64,000 nucleotides of DNA from Auanema rhodensis (GCA_964057225.1 OZ059898.1:11160001-11224000), one strand, 5' to 3'; counted from the stretch's first letter, positions 26,101 to 42,873 are shown. Notes: generated by a model from the sequence alone, not told the origin. Numbers and translations are program-made.

Positions 26101-29100
26101 TTTTTTCTGTATGCAATTGGTTCACTTTAAAGTTTATTTCAAGGATGGAAAATCTGTTTCTGATATCAAATCAGTTAAAATTCTTTCTGAAGGACAACAG
26201 TTTAAGATAATTCATGCTGAAACTGATCATCGTGGCTCATATATCTGTCAAGCCAAAAATGGTGTTGGAAGTTCTGAGATTAGTTTTGATGTTGATGTTA
26301 TCAGTAAGTTCATTATCTGAAAGCTTTGATAATAAACCAAATTCAGCGCGTCCTGCTGTGGTTCGTGGCATCAAGGACACAGTGGAAGTTATTGAAGGTG
26401 AAACTGCTCATTTCAAATGTCCCATTGCTGATATTAATTTCAAAGGACAAATTACTTGGTATATCATAAGAACAAATGAAAATATATTTTTTTATTTTAT
26501 CATTCAGGTTATATGATTTCCGACCAATTGAATTTAACGATCGAATTTCGAAATCTCAGAATGATCGACGGTTAAATGTCCAAAGGTAGTCTTGTTCAAT
26601 TTATTTCTGATATATATGACTAGGAATATATAATGCTATTCAATTTACAGAGCTGAAACTAGCGATGAAGGTGGATATAGTTGTCGAATTAAGAATGATG
26701 CTGGTGAAACTCGTGTTGATTATAAGTTGGTAGTTCTAGTTCCACCATCCATCATTATGTTAGACAATAATAAGAATAGGTTAGATAAATTTTCTATAAA
26801 AAGTTATTGAGTAATTCATTTAAATTTTTACAGAACTGTTGTTGAGAATAGTACTATTACACTTTCTTGTCCAGCTACTGGTAAGCCTGAGCCATCAATT
26901 ATTTGGATGAAAGATGGACAAACTCTTTTTGCTAATAACATCAGTAGCGTTATCAGCTCCGCCGAACTTAATGGAAACGAGATTAAGATTGCACGTGTGA
27001 AAGTAATATATGATATTCTTAATAATATAATTATATATTAAATATTTCAGCTATTAGATGCTGGACGATTTACTTGTGAAGCTTCAAACAAGGCTGGCCA
27101 AACAGAGCAAGATGTCTTTGTCAACGTGATTAGTAAGTTTATTTGATTATAAAACTAATGTACATTAACATTATAACATTGTTATATATTTAGCTCCACC
27201 AAAAATTGTGAAGGAAGGTATTCCAAGTGATCATAGTGTTGCTCAACATCACAAAGACTTCACCTTATCCTGCCCTGTATATGGCGTACCTACACCAAGT
27301 GTTACATGGCTCAAGGTATACATTTGAAAAACAATAAAAAACATTAATCTTCTATTTTGTTTCTGTATACTCTTTTCCTCAAATTTTCGAAAAAAAAATA
27401 AATTGAGTTTGTTTTCTTTTCGTTGAAAATAGTTTTCTTGATTAGGGTGGTCGTCCACTTGCTGATGCTCATCTTCGTGTTTCTGCAAATGGACAGAAAT
27501 TGTATTTAAAGAATCCTGGTAAAGAAGATGCTGATAGGTTATAATATCAATAGGATTCTTGAATAATCTTTAATGCTTTCAGATACACTTGTGTAGCTAA
27601 AAATGCTGCTGGTGAAGATAAACGAGATTTTAATATCAACATACTTGGTATATTAAACTTGTTCAGTTTTCTATATTCAATATTATATATTGTAGAACCT
27701 CCTCAATTTATTGGACCAAATATTATGAATCGACATATGGTCAATGAAGGTAAACCTGCGGTTATCAATTGTCCAGCTGTAGGATCACCGGCACCTGAAA
27801 TTACTTGGTTCGAATATTTTTTTGATAAAAAAATAATGTTATTTCTAAGGTTACGTGATGGTCAACCTCTTCAACCTTCTAATCGTTTTGTGCTTTTGGA
27901 TGGTGGTCGACAGCTTCAAATCAGTAATACACAGCCTGATGATAAAGGAGGGTATGTTCAATAGAAAATAATAAAACTATTGTTAAAGTTGTTTTGTTTT
28001 TCAAATTTTTCAAATTTTTTTTTTAAAAATCAATAATTCAAATTTTTAAAAAATAATTTTCAATAATCACTAATATAAATTTTTGTTATAGATATACTTG
28101 TATTGCTACAAATGTAGTGGGAACTGCTGATTTGGAAACAAATTTGGAAGTTGTTCCAACTCCTGTGATCGAAGGAGAGAAGTTCGAAAAGATCGAAGTT
28201 ATCGAGAAGAATAGACAAGAACTTCGTTGTGAGGTATCTATATTATTCTTTTTTTTGTTAAAAAATCATTATATTTAGCTATCTGATACTGGATCTAATG
28301 TAGATATTGAATGGCAAAAAGCAGGACAAACCATTACTTTGGATGCACTACGTGGTGATCGTTACCTCCAGATTCAACAAAATGGCCAACGTCTTCATAT
28401 TTTATCAGCTCGTACAAGTGATACTGGAAGGTATATAAACAAAATTTTATCTGTATTAATATTAATTCATTAAGATATACATGTATTGCAAGAAATCCTG
28501 CTGGAGAAGCAAGAAAGACATTCGATTTCCGAGTTTTGGGTATTTAGAAATAATAATTTTGGAAAATAACATTTATTTAGTTCCTGCTGTCATCATGGAA
28601 GATACATCATCTGAAGTACTTCAAACCGTTATTCCTGGTACTCGCCTATCATTAACATGTGATGCTGAAGGAATTCCAACACCCGAGGTTTCGCCAGATT
28701 TTCTTTTCATTTTGGAGCAATGTTTTTAAAGAAAATTAAAACAAGACCGTAGTCGTTTTTTGTCTGTTTTTGTCAGTTTTGAGCATATATCTACGACACA
28801 TCTTTCGTTTGTTTATTCGAAATTGTTTTCATACATTTGAAGTGCATTTCTATTTTTTTTTAAAAACTACATCTAATTTAAAATACTTAACATGCACTAT
28901 ATATACATCTATGTATATGTATTGCATGATAATGGTATTAATATATTTAAAAAAAAATTAATTTATAGATAAAATGGACAAAGGGATCAGCTGAAATTGA
29001 AGAAAATGAACAGAATCGTTTCTTTAATCAAAAGGAAACTCTTATTATTAATACTGTAGTCGATAAAGATGCTGGAGAGTATCAATGTTTTGCATCTAAT

Positions 29101-32100
29101 AAAGCTGGAAACGCTTCAAGAACATTTGTTGTTAGACTCACCGGTAATCTATACATATAGAAAATATATTTGTGTACTTCTTATAATTTAGGTCCACCGG
29201 TACTCGATCAAGGACATGAGACTATGGATGTAAAAGTTGATGATAGCTTAACTCTTACATGTAATGTTGTTTCTGGAACTGGAAATCTGAGTTACTCGTG
29301 GATGATTGACGGAAGACCTGTTGAAAATGGGGGACATAGCTCTACTGTGCAGGTTGCACAGATCCAGCATCAGCTTACAATAATAGTCTTTCAGATTTCT
29401 GATCGTCGTATTCAAGTGACAAATGCTCGTCTTAGTGATAGTGGGCAGTATGTTTGTATCGTACGCAATGAAGCAGGAGAAGCCAGGAAAACTTTTGATT
29501 TAGCCGTATTAGGTTTTTCAAAATTTTTTTCAGTTTTAGCATGGTAAACGATCTTTTTGCACATTTTAGAAGTTCCACGCTTCTTGGACATGACAAATAC
29601 GAATCCTTCAATTATAATTGGACGACCACAAACGTTGGATTGCTCGGTTTCCGGAACTCCCAAGCCAACGATTACCTGGATGAAGGTTAGTTAGTTTTTC
29701 ACAGTTTTTGCTACAACTAGTGCTATATTGAAATAATATGAATAACGAGCATATAGTAATGAGTAGGAAAACTTGTTTTTTCTCTTGTTTAAAATTGCTC
29801 TATTGAAAACGGAAAATTATTTCAAAAAAAAACTTTTAGCTAAACAATGAAAAAAAATATAAAAAATTTATTAATCGATTTTTTAAAAAATAATGTCAGG
29901 TAAATGAATGTTCAAGGTTATATTGCTTGACCCGTAATAACAATACTCACAGGATTTAAAAGAGTAAAAACATACATAAATATCCTTCATAAAAGAAATA
30001 GATAATTTAACTATATCATATAATAAAATTATATATATATATATATATATATTGGATAAACAAGTATGTATTCTCGGAAATAAGTTGAAAGATGGAAAAG
30101 TGGATTTGATTCTTTTGAATTATCTGAGTTTCAAAATGAGAGAGAAAGTTCTAAGGCCTCTGTTATATTTTTGAAAAAAGTTTTCTTTTGGAAAAAATTT
30201 GTAATATTGTATTTGGTTGCTGAATGATTGTTACTTAAAACAATGTTTCAGTTAAAAAAATATTGGATAGTAGTAGTATTATAAGAGAAAGACACGTGTT
30301 TACAAGGAAATTAAGCCTATTCGATGACAGGTATTAGTGGGGGGGAATCCAATCGAGTCAGAAATGAATGGGAAAAGCAAGGAAAAATGAATTTTCATTT
30401 CATTTTCTTCTTCATAAAACAACATTTAAATTATATATACCATATATAGAAAATGGCTAACAATAAGAATCCGATTGATAATGGATTGATAGATGTAGCT
30501 GAGCAGACACCGTATTTATTACACGTTTTGCCTCCTGCACAATCGATTCCCACACGGAAAATCGGTTTTTGAAATTGATCCATGATCTTGTATTTTCGAT
30601 ACGCATTCTGACATCTTCTATTGGCAGGCTTCTGAAATACAGCTTTATTAACCTTTAATGTTATCAAGAGACCCTCCTCCTTTTCTTTTCTAATGAGTGA
30701 ATACAATTTTTTTTGTAATTTTGTCAGCTAGTTTCATAGTAAAAAACTAAAGTTAAAGAACTATACGATAAACAAGACAAAACCTCAAGCAATAAAGCTA
30801 CAAGTCTCGTTCTTCTGTTCCCTCATTCTATCCCAGATGCCGTCAAGAAGAAATAATGGTTAGAAAATGAATGACATCGAGGCTCATCTCCAAACATGGA
30901 AATGAGATGGCTCTATGGACTAATGGTGGACTGCATGAGAGAACAAGCCGCTTTTCTCAATAAATCACAAGCTTTTTTTTTGAAAAAGAAAGGCTTGACA
31001 TTAGTGAACTGACTGATCCTTATTCACTACAATTTGGAAATTGTGAAAGTTAATCGAGCTTACTGATGATTGATGCTAATTTAGAAGCAACATGAGATCA
31101 ACCTGGACTATTCAAAATTCGTTGTTCAATATTGAAATTGCAAAATTTTAATCATAATGATATCCCACGGGTAAATCTTGCTAGTTTAAAAAATTTGTTT
31201 CTGTTGTTTGACGATTACCACACAAAACGATTTGCTGAGGTAGATATCGGACAACTATCTTTTCAGCTTCTCCATTTTCCTTCCCTTTCTATATATACAT
31301 GAATATATATTTCTCTTTTTCCTCACTACTCTCCTTGGTCAAAGTATTCTAAAATTCTTTTTTTTCTTTTATTTTTGGACAACTGTCTTTAGAATTCAAG
31401 CATTGTATTTCAAAATGACAACTTGTTGTTGTCTTAAAACCACGTTAAGCAGAAAATACATGGTGATAGCATGACATACATAAGAGACGAAGAGACATAG
31501 AGGTGGGAACAAGCTAATTGAAAGCTTCATCTAATTTTCTGTTCGAATACTACATTGTTATATGACCTGACGGCCTCTGTTCAGAAAGTCAGACTATTGG
31601 GACTGACCCTATTTCATTCGATCGTCTCTTCTTCATCTCGTTTAGTTGACATGCTCATCCACCCACAAACACACATACATCTCTCCGCACATATATACAA
31701 CATTTTATTTTTGGTTCTATCTAGCTCTATATCCATACTAATCAGGTAGTACGGAAAGAAACAAAACAACTATTCTCTCTTTCAAAGTATACAATTTTCT
31801 CACTTACACATCTCTATTCAGTAATATTTGAAACATGCTTAACATACCAAATTGAAATCATAGCAACAGAGCTGACAACGGTCTTCTGATGCAAATCCAG
31901 TATCTTGATCAATTGCTGGACAATCACAGACCATAAGATGTGATGCAAATCGAGCACATGGGTTTTCACATGTATTATCTACACATAGCTTTTCCAATCT
32001 GAAAATATTTAATTTTAGTTTTTAAACTACTAACATAGCTTCTTGTATTAGTTCGCACAGCTACTTGCTGTATTAGCATCAGTTTGCGGGTTCAAGTTTA

Positions 32101-33760
32101 AACATATTGCTTAGTCACTCTTATAGTTTAAAGAATATTTCACTCATTTAACATAAAATAAGATGAAAAAAGAAACAAAAAAAGGAAAAAAATAAAAAAT
32201 TTAAATCTGTAATGAATTTTTAATATTGCTCCCAAGCACTTTACGGTGTCTTTTTGTTCATTTAACATCATACTTCTCTAGTAACTTTCCAGTGCCAACC
32301 ACAAACGTTTTGTAATGAAAACGAGAGTTGAAGAAGAATGCTGGAAAGCAAATCATCACATTGCGTGTCTTTCATCCATTTTGCTTTAGCTCTCATCTCA
32401 TGTCATTCCACATAAAAATTGAGGATGAACCCTAAAGTTGACGAAGGATAGCTTAAAAGCTATTCGTTTATCATATCGTGATTAGAGGTCATAATACCTC
32501 AACCATATAAATATACATATGCATATATATTTCAGAGTTTATATACGCATAATCAACTCAAAATATATAATTGATCGTAAATTTTTAGTAAAAAAAGTTG
32601 ACAACGTCAAAAAAAAACCGTTTCCAATCAAAGGGTTAGTGTCAGTTTCAAATGAAGAGCTATGAAATGAAAAATAATTTTAATAAAATTAGTCTCTCTA
32701 TACTTTTTCCGTATATTAAGAAGGGTTAAAAGCTCATAATAATGAATATTATATTTTCTTTTTTATAAGAAAACATTCAAAAATTCAAAATATTGAGCAT
32801 TGACTATGGCAATAAGCTCTTCCCTATTTTCTCAATATTTCAAGTAAAAATATTCAATTAATTTGCAAATTTCTTTTTTTATGCAAACAATTTAAACTTT
32901 ATGTATTTATTTTTCATTCCATTGTCAAATTTTACATGCCTATTCATATCATAGCTTAGAAAAGTAAATCCTCGTCATTCAATCGGCTTGATCTCAATTT
33001 GCAACTTTTTTCATTTCGTTTTTCTTTCTTAGGTTCATACAAATTTTTGTTGCAACTCAATTTTAAAAATTGCCAGGAACTTGACTGAGTCCCTTTCTAA
33101 GCATTTAACTGATTGTGACAGGTTTGGTTTGTAAAAGGAGATAATAGCTCTGAACTTGCTGAATATGAAGTAATTCATGGAAAATGTGTACTTGAAGAAC
33201 AAACTCCAATCCACGTTAGCAAAGTGGTGAGTTAGAAAGAGAGATAGAGCAAAAGAGAGAGAGAAATGGGATGAGGTAGAAAAAAATCGAACAAATAAGC
33301 TTAGCAATTGAGAGAATATTTTTAATAACTCAAAAAAGGTTTTCTATCTGGATTGTCTCCTTAGTTTACATGTCGCTCACTCTGAATAGCCTGAAATCCC
33401 GCAGCGAATGTTAAAATAGTTACTTCAATTGTTCAAATTCAATGTAATGTCAGCTTTTCTGTTTCTTTCCTCCATCGTAGTTTTTCTTTATTGAGAGTAA
33501 TTGTGATTCTTGAGACAATATTTAGAGTAATTTTGTCTTCAGCTTATTCATATATGAATTAGAACAAGTAACTTAGAAATTATTGTAGTTATAAGTACAT
33601 GCATTCATGATTATATGATTGAAGTAAAAAATAATTGAAGCAACCGTTAAATAATCCAGGAAATTATAAAATGAGACTTCACGTTTTAAGTATGGAACTT
33701 CACGTTGAATATGCTAATCCCAGCGATGATAATATTTGATTTTTAAACAGACATGAGGGC

Positions 33761-33823
<63 letters not shown>

Positions 33824-36800
33824 AATAGAGAGAGGTTTAGATAGATTTTCATGTTGGAATCATATCCAAAGTCCATTTCTTCGTAAAAGTGAAAAGACAT
33901 GAATGGATGTATAAGTAAAATCTTGTATTAAAGCTAATTCTTTGGCATTATCAAGTGCACTCATTACGAAAACTGTTATTATGCTCTATGAATTTCCTTG
34001 AACTTGAAAGATAAACCAACTAGATCCTCTACGTTTTGTTCTTTGTTAAGTAAATGAGTTTGAACACCCCCTCCTCATCCCTCCCTCATTTCTTCTAAAT
34101 TGAGTCAGAGCGAATGAGGAAAAGAGCTTGGATATTCTCTAATCAAAGTCTTTTGCTTTTCCTTGTTAATAACATAATTATAAATAAACACAAAAGGAAC
34201 AAAACGGAAGGAAATAGAAAGAGAATTGCTTATACTAATAGATATTTATTATTTAAAAAGAGATGGCAGAAAAAGATGTAACATAATAGTGCAGTGGTAC
34301 TTCTTTTTACCAACCAACCTCACCCTTTGAACCCCTTTATTCAACGACCCCCCCCCCCCTTCTCTTCTTCGAAATCATTTTTTCTCCTACGTTTATCAGC
34401 AACTCTTGCGCTCATACCAATGAACCAGTTAAAGAAAAAGCATATTATAGTGACTGAAGAATTTCTCTTATGTCCAAAATTTTGTGGAAACGGATTAAGG
34501 GCAATATAAGGACGGAATGGTCTCTTTTCTGATCCTCATTAACTCTGTTCCCTCTTAATTCTCAATTGAAGAGATTATAAGCTAATTTATGGCTTGAATA
34601 TATTTTGTTCAGTTTTTTCCATAGTACACCAAATGTACATGATGCCGGACAGCTGGACCAAAACAAAAAAAATCGAAATCGAACTCCCCTCATGCTGGTT
34701 CAGAGCCGGTGCTTATTTCCAGCAGGCCAATACTATTGGATTGGTTGGAGATGGGAGAAAGGGAGAAATGGAAAAAGAAGAGACGCAAAAGGAAAGTTTT
34801 GATTGCCCCTTGAGGAACAATACGACCTGCGTTTCGTGTCAATGGTCTCCGAAAACCCAATCGAGATTGATAATCCTTTGGTTCAGCTAGCTGGGATTAC
34901 TTGTTTGACGAGAACAGCTCAATTGCCTTGCAAACTACCTAATTCGTTAAGGAAAGAGTATCGAGGGCATACTAACGTTTACAAATAGAAAAATGGATTA
35001 AAAGACGGCTGAAAAGCAATATTCTGAATTGCTTTAAGGTTCAGGGGAGAATGGAAAATGATTTAAGCAAAAATACAAATGGAAACATTATCCTTTCAGC
35101 TTCAATCATTTTAATAATTTTAATTGTTTCTATTCTCCGATTCTTTTTATTTTTGTTTTATAATCTTTCATTAATTTTCTTATTTAAACTAAGCTTTCTA
35201 GTATTACATGATCAAACTGTTGGTCCTTTTATTTGTTCACTTATGATAATTTGTTTAAATAAACTTAAAATAAAAGAAAAAACGTACTTTCGATCACAAT
35301 AAGATCCTGGTTGTTTCGTATGACATACAGAGTTTGAGCATTTTCCCGCAATACATAAGCGTGCCGAATCAGTATCATCGCACGGCAAGCCTTCAAGCTC
35401 AGCTCCATGCATACGACACCGAGAGCAAGCTTCTCGTTCCCATCGTTCACCATTAGGCCTGTAAAAGAGAATATTGCTTTTCATGTTAGCAACGTAATGT
35501 TCGAAGCTGATTCGACGTATTTTTCGTCCCTCCAATCAGAGAATATGTTTTTTCATTTCTCTTCTTAATATTCGTGGCATTCATTCTTCGTTATAATCTT
35601 GACAGAAAGACCTCTTTTATCTTCATCAAACGTAATGAAATAAAAGAAAAAAAACAAAAACATAGAGGAACATATGTTTTTTCGAGTTTTTGCCTGCAAA
35701 TTTACAAGAGAACAAGCTGATTCTGCTTCAATGAGCTTGCAAAGTTTTGCTTTCAACATTAAAAAGTGCACGATGACTTGTACATTTTACTCCGGAACTA
35801 CTATAACTATTTGGGTGAAAATAGAAGTTAGAAGTTGTTGTAATCATTGAAGATGAAAAGATGGATGATCAGTGATTATGGGCTAGTCTCACAATGTATA
35901 GATACCAAGCTGTTTCTCCCTTATTCTAAAAACGATTTGTTCTACTATCGTCTATACGTTCATTTCTTAGAAGTGTATCTCCCTGCTCTGTCTCTCTCCC
36001 TACTCTTTCTCTCACTGCACTCTCACGCCCTGCGCTCTCTCTTTCTGCTAACTCTCTGATCTTTCCTTTTGTTCTTTCTTTATGCTTTCTCTCTCTCCCT
36101 CTCCCTCGTTCACTGTCTTCTTAGTCCATCCCGTTCTTAATTTTCCAGGTTAGTTGCCATCCGTAGCTATGTTCACTAGGCAGGAAACCTTTCTATCTCC
36201 TATTCCCCTATCTTTCTATATATTTCGTTTTGTCTTCTTCTCTCGCTGTTGCTGACCAGTTTCTATACTTTATCCCTCTCTCTCACACCGAGTGTCAAAT
36301 GGTGATGTATTGGCAGTATGTTAAGCAAGGGAGAAGATGCTTTGAATGATTCATGGTTCTATCACGCCGATAAAAAGATATCCGGGCCGTTCTTATTTCA
36401 GCGTACTTCTCTCCAGCTCTTAATCAGAACCGAATCTTATAACTCATATGGAATGTCTGTTTAAGATACAAAACTCAAGCAAACATATTGTCCTGATAGA
36501 AGTTTCATCATCATCAAACATCATAGCAATAAGAGTTCAAGACAATGTTTCAAACTATTTTGATTTTTTTGTGGAAATCGGGCATCTTACGGTCCCATGA
36601 GACACACATATAACTCATTATTGACACTGTAAGAATATAAGGAAGCTAAGAACAGGAGGCTGAAATCAGGAATTACACATAAACGTCCCATTTCAGTCTC
36701 ACTATATCATTCAAGTACGAAGTCATAGTGAAACAACAAAAATATTCCAAAGGGTTAAATAACTAATCAAAGGACAATCATAATATCAGGAACATAGTTA

Positions 36801-39800
36801 AAAATATTTAGCTTGCATAGCATAGATACTCACGTTTCATATTACATTTCATAGAAATATTGTTGGTAATCCCTGCATTGTCACATTTGATTTTCTATCG
36901 TCACATTCTTAGCCATTTACAAGTTTTTAGCTTTCTAATTCTGACGTGACATTTGCCTCTTGAACGCATTATGTCGCGTTAGAAATGACTTTGCCCTTAG
37001 TTTGACCGACGACTGCTTCATCAACGTTACCTCGAAAGTATGGCTGTCAGAAGGCACATACGTGGCAAGAGATACAAATAGATAGATTTGTTCTATATAT
37101 AATTACGTACTCACTCTCTCTCTCTCTCTCTCTCTCTATATACATATATATATATATATATATTTGCCTCCTTCTTTCTTCCGTTCTCTATTTTAGGATC
37201 TTCTTTTCATTTTTATGTTTGGGAAATTTGGTTTCATGTTCTAGCAATGGGATATGCGTGAGAGCGCATGAAGCTCTCGGTTGTATTTCATAAAAGATCT
37301 GACTTTCATGCCGATTTTCCAAAATAGAATAAGTACAAGTTCATACCTATTGGAAACTGAATTCATTGTGGTTCGGAATCGTTCAAAAATCAATCTGAAC
37401 CTTTGACACTAATTCTTTGCTCCCAACGGGACACGTTTTGACGTCAGAATTACCAAATAATTGGAAGACAAGAATGACTATTATCTAATGCTCTAGATAA
37501 TTTAGAGCAGCTTGTAAGCGGTAACAGACAAGCATGGCTTGTGTCGAGTCAGACTTGAATGCATGACTGATTCAAGACACACTAATTTGAACAACGACAT
37601 AAGATAAATTCAACAAATCAGTGGCAAAATCTTTCAACTCAGCAATGAAATTTAATAAAATATTTACCGTAAAATATTATGATGATGTGCAGCTAAGCAC
37701 TGATGGTTTGCATTACCACAACATAAATAACAATAATTATCTTCTTCAACATCACATTGACATTCTTGCATACCACGTAATGAGCAAGCTGATACACAAC
37801 TGAAAAGAATAATATTTGTAAAAGAATGTTTTTTTCTACTAATTCTAAAGAAAAAAAAGAAAAAAAATGTTTCATGTTGTTAAATGTGTAAAAAAGTTTA
37901 GTATAATCTGTCATTTAAACATAAAAAAATATATCAAATACAAAACTTTGAAAAATTGAAATACATCTGGCAATTTTTTTTGTCTATTCTCTAATAAAAT
38001 ATCATGATTTTCCCATATATATATTCTAAAATGTCTTTCTTGACGAGTTTTTTAAAGTCAAAAAGCTTATGAATAATGAGATTATTTACGATAAACAGAA
38101 TGATGTTGAAATGAATAAGCTATTGTGCTATCAGCATTGGAATTCAATACGATTTCTCTGTTTTCACAAAAATTCTTTTCATCTTCGGGCGTTTATTTTT
38201 GAAAAATGAATTCAAAACGGTATTTTCATCATAATTCACTTCTCAGCTATTCTAAAATATTTCTTTTTTTTTCATTTTGGAAAGAAAAGTTTATTAAAGT
38301 TCAATGAAAATTCCCTGTAGCTCAATGAGATGGACTACCGCCGACGTCTGCCCTCAAGCGCTGTCCTTTGTATCTCTTTTGTCTTTCTCCAATCATCATG
38401 GATATCATCAATAAAATTCAGTTATTTCACATTGTTCTATAGCATTTTTTCAAAATGGAAAATAGCATTCCGTGTCTATTTAGATCTCATTTGAAGTACA
38501 ATTAGGATGAACTAATCGTAACAAATATAATTTTGTTAAATGGAAATGATGAAAATGGAAGAAAATGACTAAGAGAAACTAAAACAAATTGATAGAATGG
38601 GAGAGAGAGAGAGAGCTGAAAGCGAATTCTAGAATCCCTCTTCTCACCAAGCTATGTTGCATACAATTCTATTTATTTCGGACTTTTCAATCATATTTTA
38701 AACTAAAAATTGGTTCTCCCTTTCTATTTGGGTCATTTATTGCATAAGAATAATTAATTGAATGTGATTTGTAGTGGAAAAAGATGATTTGCTAATCATC
38801 GGAATTAATGTGTTCTCCAGAATGACTACGAAAAAAGTTCAATGAATAGCCATCTCACTGAACAATCTTTGTCGAAATTTTATGGTTTGAATACAAGATG
38901 AAGCTTAGTTAACATTAGATTCATACACCCCTTCGTATTCTGTTTGGGATTCAACATCATTCTGTCAAACATTCTAATCGATTATAGTCATTTATGATGG
39001 TTGAGGGAGAGATGAAGCTGAGACTGACACAGTGAAATACGAAATGAAAAGCAATAGATAGATAGAAGTGCCTTTCTATCTTAACATGGACACATGAAAC
39101 AGATGATGATGAAAGATGTCAAACTCTTTCTCTTCTTCGTTATTGCGCTTACTATACTCTCTTATGTTGAAACTACAAGATAGAGAGACAAAAACTACAA
39201 TTGAGAGAGAAGGCCCAATCGGAGAGAAAACCATTGCATTTTCACATTATCGTCTCGTCATGATCTTGCTTGAAACTATTCCCCCGAGGTCACTCTGCTT
39301 ACTAAATGGACTTCAACAAAGCATTGTGCTCAGACCAAAGAAGTCAGATTACATACATACATACACATGAGAAATCTCGTCATTGTCTATGTTTCAAATT
39401 TCTCTCTCTCATTCTTGTTATCCTTTCTGGTTTTCAAAATTCAACATTGCTCATTTGACTGGTTTACTCGGTTTAGCCATCCATGAAATCTGCTCCGTCA
39501 TGTACCTGAGTTTCAGGTAATGCAACTCATGGCTTGTGAGTGTGTCAAGTCCCTAAATCCCCTCCTTGCCTCTGTTATTTTCACATTTCCTCAAACGATT
39601 TCACCTTAATATTCTCAGTTCACCCAGTTTGTCAGTTTCTGACCGAATATAGAGAGACAGCTGTTGTGGGAGCAATGAAAAGGTGAAGAGTGGATGCTTA
39701 AGTTGGTTGGAAAAGAACAGGAGTGGGATGCTGAAGCCAAGCGCTAACTACATCTTTCGCTCTAACTAACTGGAAGAAATAGAAATATAATTTTAATAGC

Positions 39801-42800
39801 CAGGAAATGTATATAAATATATATATAAATAGATATTAGAATTGAATCACGGTTTTAATCCTATTCTTTGTCAGAATCAGAAAAAAAAAATTCTGAGTAA
39901 AATTTTATTTTCTCAATAATATCCATAACGAAAAATAGGACAAATAGAATTATTAAGTTATAAATATGATTCGAAATTTGATACAAAAATACAAAATATA
40001 TTTTGCATATTTCAATATATTTGCTTAATAGTTCCTTACTATCCATATTTTTGTTTTATATTTCTTTATATATTTAGTTTTTCTATCTTAAGCTATATTC
40101 ATTCTTTTCTTGCTTCTGTCTTTTCTTCGTCTCCATGTCAGCATACACGCATTTTAGACAATTGTCCCAATGGGTAGTAAAGAAGCAAAGTTGGAATTTA
40201 AGCTCAATACGGAAATCTCAAAGAATGAGAGATAGAAACGAAGAAAAAGAAAAAGAGAAACTGAAATAAAACACAATTGTGAAGATCTTATATACTTTAT
40301 TTGCTTTGGATTGTATCAGTTAAGCTTGGTTGTGTCTATGATGCTCGTTCTAAGCATTGTCTCCCTGGGTTACCGAGAAGATTAGCCATATACACCTCCC
40401 GATACATTTCATTTCTCTTCCCTGCATGAATTTGATAACGGAACTCAGAAGTTGAATTCAAACCAAGTCCTCACGTTTGTTTTGATGTCTGAACAAAACA
40501 AAACAAAAATGGCTTCAGGACGTGGCCCACAGAGCAAATCATGTGAAGACCGATGGTGGAACCTTATGATCAAAGCTATTACAACTTATCACAAATTGAA
40601 TAAATACATAGCAAGAATCTATACTACTTTAAAGAAAAGTAGATAAATATACGAAGATACTTGACGCTTTTTCATTCGTCAAGACTGTAATTTTTTGAAG
40701 ACAGCATGAACATTGGGTATGCAAACTCGTTTTGTTCAAGTTGAACGATCAACAGAATTAATGGCAAAAACATATTTGATATTCGCGTTTTTTAAAGCAA
40801 TTTCTATTAATTTTTTTTCTGTTTCGGTCTGACTTCAAAGTTAATGTGAATCGTAATTTTGTTCCCCCTTCTCTTTTCGCCCTCCCCCTCTCTGTTCGAA
40901 AGAGATGCATGGCTTAGCCTTTTAGCCACCCCTTACTCTCATCTTAGTTTGTCAGCAGGGAAGGGCCAATCCTTGAAATGCGGATATCCGTTATGACCTG
41001 GACTATGAAATAAGGGAAACAGTGAATGTGAGAGAAGATGAAAAAAACGTATGAACAACTAGAAAGAGCTTTGTATTGATTAAATAAATGAAAAGAATAG
41101 GTAGAGCAAAAAAAAAAACAAAAGAAAAAGGTAGAAAGAAAACAGAATAAAAAGATTAGAAAAGGACAATCTGTGTGAAGCTTGATGTCTTGTCTCATTC
41201 AAGCTTCTGGCAACAAAATTTTCATTGATATCAAAAGGAATTCAATTTCCTATCGAATTTGAAGAATTATTTTGTTTCTATATAATATTGGCATGTTGTC
41301 CTTTTCGATACATCTGAGGCAAGCCACTTTGTGTTCAATTGGCCTTTGCTTCGATGCCCCGAGAGTTCAAGTTTTTTTTCTTTTTTTCTCTTGTTTCTTT
41401 ATTTTGTCTAATCTTTTACTTGGTATCTTTTTCTCTTTTAAGCTTTTTTATTCACATGTTTTGTCACAATCTTTCTACTTACTTTATCATTGAGAAAAAA
41501 GATTGGAGAGGGGGGAGAGAAGGAGACGGAGCAAAAAAGCAAAAAAAAGAGAAAGCTAGAGGACGAGAAAAACTGATAGTAATGAATAACAATAAAGCTA
41601 AGGTGTCGATTTTCATAGCTCATCCTGCCTTTGCGAAAGATTTAATTCAATTTTTATGAGTGCATCCAAGCCAACGTCATACTCATCCTGCTCAGACACG
41701 CATGATTTGTTTCATCTTCTCTCAATTCTGCTCGGTCGATCTTTCTATCGCGCTTTACAAGTTTTTTTCGTTCTGACCCTGAGTATCCCCTATCCCACCC
41801 AAGGCTACCCTCAACCTCCTTTCCCTCTTTCTCGTAGTTCACCCTGTTGGCTCGTGGGAAATTCGATAGCAGCTCCCCCAGCGGATGTCCCTTACTATGA
41901 AGCAAGATTAACTGCTCAAGTCACTCTTCATGCTTGTATTTCGCCATTAGATGAGTTCATAGATGGAAACGTCTCTTTCAGCTTAAACTTGATAGTTCTT
42001 TCACTCATTGTTAGATTTTCTAATTTTTTTATACAAAAGAAAGAAAAACTCTTAAAGATTATTCAATAAACGTAGACAAAACTTCTGTTAATAATATTGT
42101 TTCATTTTGAATTGAAATACTTGTTGCTCTAGTTCGGAACAACAATCTCATACAGATAACAGTCAATTCAATGAAGAGAATGAAGAAGAATAGAAGGACG
42201 GATAAAGCTTGTATATGAATGAAAGGCAACTGACTATTATACACGTTTCTCAGTCATTGTTCTCTTTCTCAGTAAATACTTTGAAATTTCCAATTTCTAA
42301 GCAAAATCAAATTATTGCTTGAAACGAAAGGAGCAATGGAAGCAGAGAAAAGAGGAATAGCGGTATGAGATGGCACAGACGATATCCTCATACGAAAAAA
42401 AGACAAAAATGGAAATAATCCAACATATACAGCAACTTGCGTGCGTAGTAAGAAGAAACAAGAAGATTTTTGAGAGAGAGAGAGAGAGAGAGAAAGAGAC
42501 AAAAGGGTGATAGTTTGTTCTATAAAGAAGTTGTCGATGTTGTATTTTTCATATGAATATATGTATTTATTCTATTTTCTTTCAAATTTCCAGGTTTTAC
42601 TTTAAAAAACGCCTGTGTATGTAAAGTGAAAATGAGAAAAAGACAGATGTAATGTATAAGAACACATACATAGTTTGTGTTGTATATACATCTACATACA
42701 TCTATGTGTATATTCATCTATTCGACATACTTTCCCTCTTTTTACATATATGGTCTTTTCCTATTATACATCTATGAAGCTATCTAAAAAGATGATGATC

Positions 42801-42873
42801 CTTCTCATCATTATTCGACGAGAAGATTGATGTGCAATGGAAGCTTTTCTATTACTTGACATCAACACAGCAA